IMG/VR virus record: IMGVR_UViG_3300037067_021941
Span: 1 to 64,000 of that record
Length of the DNA stretch: 64,000 bases
Reading direction: 5' to 3' (one strand)
Source of the DNA: a virus
Taxonomy: Duplodnaviria; Caudoviricetes
Numbering within the stretch: the first letter of the stretch is position 1; each line of letters begins with the position of its first letter. The notes beneath the pieces were generated by a model that saw only the letters and a program-made list of their open reading frames with translations, had not been told where the DNA came from and searched no databases. The position numbers and the translations under genes are program-made. Below, piece after piece: positions 39,305-47,490 of the stretch.

Positions 39305-40877
39305 GGGTACGGGTGGCTTGTTGGTCCTGTAAGCTACCAATGATTTCATCTGTATCTTTGATTTCAGATGCCGGCAAAAGCATAACCAAGCCACCCCTGA
39401 TAACATATAATTTATGATCGGCAGTGATTGTTATCATACAACCATCTAATTCAAAGACAAACAACTCCTCTGAAACATCATAAATAAATTTATTCTCAAC
39501 GGTTTGTTCATTTCCAAAGCCATCTTGTATCTTGTCTCCTATCTGGATATCTTCAATTTTCTTTTGTTGGTAATGATTGATATTTATTAGCGAGTCTGGA
39601 ATAGTGCAGCCGCGAGGCCCAAATATCCAGCCTTGTCGTTTACCCCATTGTATCCAGTCTCTAGTTATCAAGAAATAACTAGAAAAGCCCTTATCAATAA
39701 ATCGGTTTAACTCTATCTCTGCTTGTTCTGCGTACGTGACATCACGCCCATCACATGACCATTTTGTTGTATCTTTGTCCCAGCCACGTAAATGAAGCTG
39801 TTCATTGACTATAGCACGCAACACATCATTGGCATTTGTTCCAGGTTCTATAACCGACCAATTTGGAATTTTGGGTGACGTATCTGGCATAAGTTTATCA
39901 CATCGTTCTGCAATTAACAGCGTATTATCGCACATTTCTTCAAATTTGACGTCGTCTATTCCGTTAGAATAATCACCATTCTTGAATGTCGTCCAAAGCT
40001 CTGCTCGCGATTTGAAAAACTGCTCATCGCCCTGTGATGCGAACATTTTAGTATCATGAATATTGGTTTTCTGATCGACCGCCATCATGATCTTCTGCAG
40101 ATATGCGTCTTCACGTGTCAGATAATGAGCGTCATTTGTAAGCACTAATCTAACACCATACTTATCAGCAAGTTCAATAAGTTGGTGAAAAACAGCGACG
40201 TCATGTAACTCAGCGATGCACGGCATCTGCACTTCGATAAAGAAATCTTCACCAAACACTCCCTTGAATTCTTTTAAATATTCAATTGCCGTCTTGTCGG
40301 CTCTACTACGCGGATATTTCTTTCCATCTTTAATATTATTTTCAATGTCTAGCCGCAGTTCATATGATAACGGACCATTAACACACCCAGATAAAACAAT
40401 TAATCCTTCTTTGAGTTCGCATAATCTTTCAAACCAAATACGAGGTTTGCCAATATATGAGTGTTCCCAAGCCAACGTTGTTAATTTAATCAGGTTAGAA
40501 ACACCGGTAGAGTTCTTTGCTAAAACGGTTAAGTGCCGATTACGCATAATACGCTGTTTAAGACTATCAGGTAATAAATCACGTTTTTTTCCTGATTCTT
40601 CAATTTTCTTACGCAAAGTCTCATAGGCATTGAAATATATCTCAGAACCACTTATATACTTCAAACCTCGTTTCTTGAAAGCAAAATGCATATCTGGAAA
40701 AGATGCCATGTGGCCATGCTCTGTAGCGGCCATGGCTGGAAAGCCAAGCTTCGCACAGGCGTCTGCATATTGTTCTGCTGATGGTACTCCGTCTAAAGAG
40801 CTGAATAAAGAATGCACATGTAAATGCGCAAATTCTTTGGGACCATTATACTGAGATGGTTCAATTTCTTCCAACAT
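39279..40877 (-). CDS. dnaE: DNA Pol III alpha fragment 1 (PHP domain) + split-intein IntN (39279-39608)
   Basis: HLHVHS..S.LDG, TEHG, TNDAHY, GFSSYFLI, GPRG/CTIPDS...TADHK. Confidence 0.94.
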   Translation of the reverse strand: MLEEIEPSQYNGPKEFAHLHVHSLFSSLDGVPSAEQYADACAKLGFPAMAATEHGHMASFPDMHFAFKKRGLKYISGSEIYFNAYETLRKKIEESGKKRDLLPDSLKQRIMRNRHLTVLAKNSTGVSNLIKLTTLAWEHSYIGKPRIWFERLCELKEGLIVLSGCVNGPLSYELRLDIENNIKDGKKYPRSRADKTAIEYLKEFKGVFGEDFFIEVQMPCIAELHDVAVFHQLIELADKYGVRLVLTNDAHYLTREDAYLQKIMMAVDQKTNIHDTKMFASQGDEQFFKSRAELWTTFKNGDYSNGIDDVKFEEMCDNTLLIAERCDKLMPDTSPKIPNWSVIEPGTNANDVLRAIVNEQLHLRGWDKDTTKWSCDGRDVTYAEQAEIELNRFIDKGFSSYFLITRDWIQWGKRQGWIFGPRGCTIPDSLININHYQQKKIEDIQIGDKIQDGFGNEQTVENKFIYDVSEELFVFELDGCMITITADHKLYVIRGGLVMLLPASEIKDTDEIIGSLQDQQATRTHEICQDYL

Positions 40878-40881
40878 ATTC

Positions 40882-41034
40882 TTATTCTTGCGTCCTTAAA
40901 CAGTCTCCTCGGCAGAATGGGCATAACCATTTATCACCAACCAATTGCAAATCGTTCGTGGCCTGATTACATCCTTCACAATCATAAATACGACCTGGAA
41001 AGTCGAAATGGTCATGTTCATCTTCACAAGCCAT
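40882..41034 (-). CDS. Small zinc-finger protein
   Basis: CEGC...WLCPFC; GGAG RBS before MACEDE. Confidence 0.55.
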   Translation of the reverse strand: MACEDEHDHFDFPGRIYDCEGCNQATNDLQLVGDKWLCPFCRGDCLRTQE

Positions 41035-41045
41035 GATATGCTCCG

Positions 41046-42116
41046 TCAAGATGCCGATGCAGCAATAAGACACCCTTCTGCTACAGCAAATAATGGGTCT
41101 TTACATCTCTTCACTTTATTGACTTCAAAAGGCATCTTCTCTTCTTTAAATAGTTGTGATACCATCTCTTCAAAACCGGCTGGACATGATGTTCCACCAG
41201 CCATGAATACGTCAATGGGCTTATCTATACGAGCATTTGTTTCGTTATCAATAAACCCTTGCACAATGCCACGTATTACGTTTTGAATCAAAATGCGATA
41301 ATGTAAAATAATATCAAGTTCAAGTCGTGTTGTGTAAGCCTGCGTCAAATCGATTTTCTCTTTCATCCTGCATACTGTAGTCGGCGTCTCTGCCGATTTC
41401 TTACGCAGTACTTCAGTGTCATATCCATGCCGCTTTGCGACTTCGGTATCAATCCAATCGCCAGCACCAACCCAGCTAAATGAATAAATCTCATTTCCCC
41501 AAAGAACATAACTGACAGTGACAGTGCCAGCACCCCAAGAAATACCGATACCAGTAGCATCAGGTGTCTCTTTAAGCACTAATGCATGCGATTCTTTTAT
41601 GGAAGAAGTTTTAATACTCGATATGGTTTGATACCCAGAAATAATCAAATTTAAAACTTGCTGATGGTAATCAATGTTACTCGGTCGATTCAACGCTTTA
41701 GCTGTAGTACAATAACATAGTTTGATTTCCGGTTCAAACTCACCAGCATCATGTTCAGCCATAGATAGCAAACCCTGCACAATGCTAGATAACACCATAA
41801 GAGCCGCTTCATCAGGGGCTACACCACCCTCAGCCATTGGACGCAGTAATGTGTCATTATGTGCGTAAGCTAATTCTTCCGCGTCCTTGCCCAACACATA
41901 AATGCCGTCCTGGTTATCCAGGCGAATCCATTTTGCTGGCCGCTTAGTCCCATCAGACCGCATTTTATTTGGGTCATCAAGCATATTCTCTATGAATTTG
42001 CTTGGACGAGGAATCAAATAGTAACCATTGATTTCCCTGAGAAACACCGTTTTCTTATTGTGATAGAACGAAACAACTATGTTTTTCGTCCCAATGTCGA
42101 TACCAATCGCATTCAT
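41046..42116 (-). CDS. Actin/Hsp70-superfamily ATPase (ParM/MreB-like)
   Basis: IGIDIGT (phosphate 1), ISWGAGT (phosphate 2), MAGGTS (adenosine), DPLFAVAEG; start revised to MNAIG after AGGAG. Confidence 0.8.
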   Translation of the reverse strand: MNAIGIDIGTKNIVVSFYHNKKTVFLREINGYYLIPRPSKFIENMLDDPNKMRSDGTKRPAKWIRLDNQDGIYVLGKDAEELAYAHNDTLLRPMAEGGVAPDEAALMVLSSIVQGLLSMAEHDAGEFEPEIKLCYCTTAKALNRPSNIDYHQQVLNLIISGYQTISSIKTSSIKESHALVLKETPDATGIGISWGAGTVTVSYVLWGNEIYSFSWVGAGDWIDTEVAKRHGYDTEVLRKKSAETPTTVCRMKEKIDLTQAYTTRLELDIILHYRILIQNVIRGIVQGFIDNETNARIDKPIDVFMAGGTSCPAGFEEMVSQLFKEEKMPFEVNKVKRCKDPLFAVAEGCLIAASAS

Positions 42117-42189
42117 AGTTACTCTCCTGATTGTGCAATCGTCACCCAATCCAAATACTAAAGATGATTGCTCTAATTCTTCGTCAGTA

Positions 42190-42519
42190 TCATCTTTCAC
42201 GTCTTGTGACAACTTTTGTTCCGAATCCACCTTTTGGGATTGGCGGTCGTCCAATGGAGGGGGCGAGAAGTTCTGGGGAAATATCTGGCGCGTTGAAAAA
42301 TGGAGTGGCCATGGGCTGCTGGGGGGCATTAACAACTCGCGTTGTAATTCCTTGCTCTCCGGAATATGATCCGGTGGTAGCTTGCGTAATCGGTTTTTCC
42401 ACGTTGCGATTAACAAGTGTATTCCTTATAAATTCTCTCAACACCACCAACACGAGTCCAAATGACACTAAAGAAATTATTAAGGCTACAATCGCGATTG
42501 CTAACGCTATTATGTCCAT
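42190..42519 (-). CDS. Single-pass membrane protein with Pro-rich tail
   Basis: N-terminal hydrophobic helix. Confidence 0.6.
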   Translation of the reverse strand: MDIIALAIAIVALIISLVSFGLVLVVLREFIRNTLVNRNVEKPITQATTGSYSGEQGITTRVVNAPQQPMATPFFNAPDISPELLAPSIGRPPIPKGGFGTKVVTRRER

Positions 42520-42524
42520 AATAA

Positions 42525-44030
42525 TTACTCTGACAGCTCGGTATTCTTTATGCCGCCCATGTACTCATACCGCAACAAAGAAATATTCCATTTCTTTAAC
42601 GACTCCAATAACATATCATATCCCCTGTTAATGCGATTGATGTAATTTTCAGTATCTTTGTTGTCAGGCCAATATTTTCCCTTATTATATTGTGGAACTA
42701 ATGTGGTGTGGCTACGACCATCTGGAGAAAGCTTCGCATCACAACCAAATAAAGAGATTGATTTTGCACCGAGAAATGCAGCTATGTGTATGGCCGTGTG
42801 GACTGTCGAAGCATGATGAAAGAATGGCTGATCTTTATTATTGAGACAAGAATTGCTATCTTGCGGCCCTAAATCAAAAGTTATACAATCAGAAAATTTT
42901 GCTGATGGTTCTATAGACGTTTTACCAGCACCAATTTTCAGTTTCTTTGGTATAAGTAGTTGACTCGAAAGATAACGCTTAGCATCGATTACAGCTTCTG
43001 CCGGTTTTAAATCATGGAACACAACATAATCACAATTGAATATCAAGGAGTTGTAATTCACACCAATCACAATATCGAAATCATCTAATATACCGTTCGT
43101 AACATGATCTAACGATGGACCAGCACCTAATATAGCAATGCGTGCGTTTGCGTGCTTATTTTTCAATAATTCTATTCCATGTAAATCTGGTAAGAAATTA
43201 TCTAAAAACCATTGAAAAGGTCTTTTTTGAATTCGATCACGTATAGCGATTCGTTCTGAAATATCCCCAAATTTAATATCTCCCGGCTTCTTCCTGATAG
43301 ATTGATAAAATAACTTTTTATAATCATCAAACCAAACTTCCGCTATTCTTGCTTTATTTGCTTCTAGCGTGGTCGTATCGAATTCATAATTAAACTTGTT
43401 TTTGAACCAGTGTGCAACCACAGAATCACGAACTATCTCAACAGTTCCACCAGCTAACCATGTCCGAAGTGAAAATTCGATATTTTCACATCCCCATTTA
43501 TACATCCCAGTATCAAAACCGCCAATCTCGTTCCACCATTGTTTGGTAAATGCAAAACAATGACCGGCTAAAGCTGGTGTCATATCAGATCCATCATCTG
43601 ATATCCAATTAAAATCAAGATTCCAGCGCCAACCAGTTTTGGCATAAGCCGATGTTGTTTCCATCCAAGTAGGTGCATCAAGCCCTCTTGTAAGCGGTAC
43701 AGCGACACAGTTATATCGCTCTCCTAAGCGTTTAACAATAGGTAATAGCCAATCAGATGCCACTTTAATGTGTGGGTCCATTGATACTATCACAGGAGAT
43801 TTCACAGCTTCGGCAGCAATATTCCGTGATCTAATTAGTCCTTCTCGCATATTATTTCGAATAATTCTAACTTTAGGTCTATCTATCACAATAGGAATTT
43901 TACTACAATCGTCAACTATGATAAATTCATCAATGAGGCCCGGCATCGTTTTTTCTATGATTGTATCTATTGTTTTCTCGATATATTCCTCGTTTAGTGC
44001 AGACATAATAATTGTCGCTGTCAGCATCAA
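42525..44030 (-). CDS. Polypeptide GalNAc-transferase-like (GT27-like GT-A) domain fused to DUF115/Maf-like domain
   Basis: VDDCS, REGLIRSR, DPH, TPALAG, FDTGM.KWGCENIEFSLRTWLAGG, NKARIAEVWFDDYK, FGDISER, FQWFLDN..PDL; C-terminal IAILGAGPSL...IGVN...LGAKSISLFGCD. Confidence 0.8.
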   Translation of the reverse strand: MMLTATIIMSALNEEYIEKTIDTIIEKTMPGLIDEFIIVDDCSKIPIVIDRPKVRIIRNNMREGLIRSRNIAAEAVKSPVIVSMDPHIKVASDWLLPIVKRLGERYNCVAVPLTRGLDAPTWMETTSAYAKTGWRWNLDFNWISDDGSDMTPALAGHCFAFTKQWWNEIGGFDTGMYKWGCENIEFSLRTWLAGGTVEIVRDSVVAHWFKNKFNYEFDTTTLEANKARIAEVWFDDYKKLFYQSIRKKPGDIKFGDISERIAIRDRIQKRPFQWFLDNFLPDLHGIELLKNKHANARIAILGAGPSLDHVTNGILDDFDIVIGVNYNSLIFNCDYVVFHDLKPAEAVIDAKRYLSSQLLIPKKLKIGAGKTSIEPSAKFSDCITFDLGPQDSNSCLNNKDQPFFHHASTVHTAIHIAAFLGAKSISLFGCDAKLSPDGRSHTTLVPQYNKGKYWPDNKDTENYINRINRGYDMLLESLKKWNISLLRYEYMGGIKNTELSE

Positions 44031-44036
44031 TATCTC

Positions 44037-44678
44037 CTAAATGCAAAGTGTTGTATGGCCAACATTTTCAAATTGAATACCCCGTTTTTTCAATTCATTA
44101 ATTACCGCACTCATTACTGTGCGTTGGCTATCAGAAATAGTTCCAGGCTTCGATGTATGGTAAAAATAATGCTTACCAATACTATTAAATCCACAGCCGT
44201 ATAATACGATCTTAGTTGCGCCCATAACATAAGCTAGTTGTACAGCACAGCAACTTATTGTGCCACCAAACATCAAATAATTCATGTCCGGTTTAAGTCT
44301 GTCTGATTTATACCATTTATACATAAAAGTTAAATGTGGCTCTATGGGTAATGGTAAGACGATATTATTTTGCTTCGCAGTAACAACCGCTGCCCGCGTT
44401 ATGGTTGGAAACAAAACATCTGGATACAAGATTTTATCTGGTGCAGCAGTTAATTTAGCTATGACTCTAATTTTTGAACAGTCAATACTAAACCAATCAT
44501 ATGTCGATGATCTAACATCACCACATATAAAATAGTCGAACTTCTTACCTAATTTAGCAGCACCATTAACACCTATTGAAATATCACACTTACTCTTGAT
44601 AAATTCGACCGCTGTTGGCCCAGAACCAACTATAGCAATCGTGGCACCCTTGTGAATGTTGTGAAGCGATTTAATCAT
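44037..44678 (-). CDS. DUF115/Maf-like (sialyltransferase-like fold) protein
   Basis: LHNIHKG.TIAIVGSGPT, IGVN, AVQLAYVMGATKIVLYGC.F...HYFY. Confidence 0.7.
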   Translation of the reverse strand: MIKSLHNIHKGATIAIVGSGPTAVEFIKSKCDISIGVNGAAKLGKKFDYFICGDVRSSTYDWFSIDCSKIRVIAKLTAAPDKILYPDVLFPTITRAAVVTAKQNNIVLPLPIEPHLTFMYKWYKSDRLKPDMNYLMFGGTISCCAVQLAYVMGATKIVLYGCGFNSIGKHYFYHTSKPGTISDSQRTVMSAVINELKKRGIQFENVGHTTLCI

Positions 44679-44696
44679 ATCTCTAAGAATACAGCG

Positions 44697-47480
44697 CTAT
44701 GCACACGCAATAATGATATCCGCACCACTACCATCAGGTACTGATCCATTTCGCGAATCTTTAGTTATACTTCCAATCGATATAAAAGTACCAGACGGTA
44801 TAGTCATGCCATTAACAGTTATATTACCTGTACCAATGTTATATATTGTGACATTAGTCGTAGTTGGATCGCCACTGTCGCATCCAGATGCACCTACCGC
44901 GCTAAACCTATTATACCAAAATTGGAAAGTATTGCCAGTACTATATGAACCAGTTATTATCTCTGGTGGAACAACGCCAGCACATCCAACGTGCGCATCA
45001 GTATTCAGTGTAAGACCACCAGTGCTCGAATTGCCATAATAACACACAGCAGTACCACATTTGCCATACAAATCAAAATCAGTATTCGTAGACCAATTTA
45101 GCTCGGCTGTAATGGTATAAGCGCAAGCACCCGTAGCACCCGTAGCACCCGTAGCACCTGTGGCACCTGTGGCACCCGTAGCACCCGTAGCACCCGTAGC
45201 ACCCGTAGCACCTGTGGCACCCGTAGCACCCGTAGCACCCGTAGCACCCGTAGCACCCGTAGCACCCGTAGCACCCGTAGCACCTGGGCGACATCTAGTA
45301 TACGCAATCCAGCCGTTACCATATTGTGATATCGGTGTACTACTATCCGGTTCCGGACAATAACAGCCAGTAGTACATGGATTTATGATTTTAGTCCAAC
45401 TTCCACCACCAGGAGACATATACCATTCACAATTGCCTGGGCATATTAGTACTCCTGTGGCACCCGTAGCTCCCGTAGCACCTGTGGCACCTGTGGCACC
45501 CGTAGCTCCCGTGGCACCTGTGGCACCCGTAGCTCCCGTGGCACCTGTGGCACCTGTGGCACCTGTGGCACCCGTAGCACCCGTAGCTCCTGTGGCACCT
45601 GTGGCTCCTGTGGCACCTGTGGCACCTGTGGCTCCTGTGGCACCCGTAGCTCCTGGTCGAGTAGTTGCACCAATAGCACAAGCCAATACAGAATAGCCTA
45701 AACAACTAATAACACCACCCAAATTGATATCAATACTAAATTGTAATGCAACACCACTCACGCCAGAATATGAGAATGATAGTGATGAACCAATAACGGA
45801 ATATTTCTTACCACCAGTTATTGTACTGTTGTTAGTACATGCTGCAGACCATGATACCGAACATGAATTAGCATCTGGATAGTCTGGACATGACTCGCTG
45901 CTAATTGATTTTGCTTCTTCACAGATCGAATTAAATTGTGTACTAAATGTAATTGTTGCTGTTGTAGAACCACTTTCCGTGTTTGGTACGTTAACAGTTA
46001 CATCGTAATGCTGTAATGTGCCGTCAACTACACAATCGAAACCTTGACATGATGGATTTGCAGACGAATCAGCACCGTATGGTAAATTTATTTCTAGATT
46101 AGTATCAAGATAACTAGGACAATCACATGGGCAACATAATTCCGTAACTGGCGGCATAATTGGCTCAATAACCAACACTGGACAACTACCAGTAATATCA
46201 TTTACGTTCGAACAAAAGAAAAAATCTTCCTGACAACATCGTTGGCCTGGAAATTGAGGCTCAATAATTGGCCATGGGTAACGTGTATCTCTGTTAGTAG
46301 TGGAATTTGCTTGTCTCCAAGCTACTATAGATGCTGGCGTAAAATCTTTCCAACTGAACTGATTAGATTGATGCTGCGTCCAGCACGCCTCTATTGGTGT
46401 CCATTCAACAAACTGCAATTCAGGTATCGTAAATTGTTTTTCTGCAAATTGAAATCGCGCAATGCCTTTACAATTATCAGTAGTAGTCCGCACAGATGCA
46501 AATGACAAGTCATTAACCGTTTTAAGAATAGTCGTGTTTGTCGTAGTGCAAACATGTGAAATTGCCAACTTTGATACACAGTTATTTAGAAATAAAGAAT
46601 CGGAAAAGAAATAAACGCTCGATTTCAAGCTACTAAAACGCAATGAAATGATTGCTTTGGTAGCTTCAACTGCATCATCTATTAAATTACTTTCTATTAC
46701 TTCAAAAAAGCCACTACCGTCTATACCTTGTGGCCCCTTCCGACCAATTTCATTGGCTTTGTAGTACCAATTGTCATCAGACCATTCATTAGATATTAAT
46801 TCACCAGACAGTTTCGATGTAGTACGATCATAATTTAGGAATGAATCAATATTAACATCAAATTCTGAGTAAATTATTATAAAAGGATCACCATTAATCG
46901 GCTGTGAAATAGTCAGCGAGCTTTTAATAGAATTATTCTTAAATAGTCGTAGTGATATCGGCGTATCGATCGTAGAAGTAACGGTCGCATCAATTGTTAG
47001 TCTAGTCCCATTTATTGTTGCAAGATATTTCTGTTCGGCAGCTCCTGCCGTACCATCAGCTCCTTTATTTCCTTGTTCACCAGTCTTACCTCGTTCCCCT
47101 GGACATTTTAACTGCGATAATAGTGATAGTAACCGTGGTCTGCTTACTTCTATTCTTAAATCATTTGCTGATTCTGGTTCGAACGTGATAGTATGGTTAG
47201 AAGATTGAAATAAATAATAATATCCTGCTACATGTGGATATATTTTAAGAAAATCAAAAGTAAGCCCACCCTGAACGGCATCTGATATAGCGTTTATACG
47301 TGTGGTGATACCTGGTGAAACCAATCCATCATTAGTCTCGGTAACAACAGGTATTGATTTATATACACCGATACAAGACCATGTGTTTAATTTACTATCA
47401 TATTGCCACTGATCGCCGTTACCATCTAACACGATAGTGCCATCTGCAATATCAGTACTGTTTAACGCATGACAATTCAA
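44697..47480 (-). CDS. Cys-rich collagen-containing virion/fibre protein
   Basis: 927 aa; short Gly-X-Y blocks, Cys clusters, pure (GAT)22 and (GAT)17 arrays. Confidence 0.7.
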   Translation of the reverse strand: MNCHALNSTDIADGTIVLDGNGDQWQYDSKLNTWSCIGVYKSIPVVTETNDGLVSPGITTRINAISDAVQGGLTFDFLKIYPHVAGYYYLFQSSNHTITFEPESANDLRIEVSRPRLLSLLSQLKCPGERGKTGEQGNKGADGTAGAAEQKYLATINGTRLTIDATVTSTIDTPISLRLFKNNSIKSSLTISQPINGDPFIIIYSEFDVNIDSFLNYDRTTSKLSGELISNEWSDDNWYYKANEIGRKGPQGIDGSGFFEVIESNLIDDAVEATKAIISLRFSSLKSSVYFFSDSLFLNNCVSKLAISHVCTTTNTTILKTVNDLSFASVRTTTDNCKGIARFQFAEKQFTIPELQFVEWTPIEACWTQHQSNQFSWKDFTPASIVAWRQANSTTNRDTRYPWPIIEPQFPGQRCCQEDFFFCSNVNDITGSCPVLVIEPIMPPVTELCCPCDCPSYLDTNLEINLPYGADSSANPSCQGFDCVVDGTLQHYDVTVNVPNTESGSTTATITFSTQFNSICEEAKSISSESCPDYPDANSCSVSWSAACTNNSTITGGKKYSVIGSSLSFSYSGVSGVALQFSIDINLGGVISCLGYSVLACAIGATTRPGATGATGATGATGATGATGATGATGATGATGATGATGATGATGATGATGATGATGATGATGATGATGVLICPGNCEWYMSPGGGSWTKIINPCTTGCYCPEPDSSTPISQYGNGWIAYTRCRPGATGATGATGATGATGATGATGATGATGATGATGATGATGATGATGATGATGACAYTITAELNWSTNTDFDLYGKCGTAVCYYGNSSTGGLTLNTDAHVGCAGVVPPEIITGSYSTGNTFQFWYNRFSAVGASGCDSGDPTTTNVTIYNIGTGNITVNGMTIPSGTFISIGSITKDSRNGSVPDGSGADIIIACA
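45132..45284 (-). repeat. 9-bp tandem repeat encoding (Gly-Ala-Thr)17
   Basis: gcacccgta/gcacctgtg units. Confidence 0.9.
45456..45653 (-). repeat. 9-bp tandem repeat encoding (Gly-Ala-Thr)22
   Basis: gcacctgtg/gctcccgta-type units. Confidence 0.9.
47001..47352. repeat. 352-bp direct repeat, copy 1 (copy 2 at 49120-49471)
   Basis: No mismatch found comparing the two copies by eye. Confidence 0.9.
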
Positions 47481-47490
47481 CGCTTACTCC

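Noticed and set aside
32815-40877. Stop-codon reassignment or group I introns explaining dnaE fragmentation
   Set aside because: The pieces change frame, intein termini flank the breaks, the ORFs overlap with no room for intron cores, and all three stop codons end genes normally elsewhere.
42117-42416. 100-aa N-terminal extension of the actin-like ORF
   Set aside because: It overlaps the TM gene; the RBS and first motif point to ATG 42116.
45079-45705. CYG/CHR and VLR/VPQ repeat ORFs; possible CRISPR-like array
   Set aside because: Alternative frames of the 9-bp GAT repeats; no spacers.
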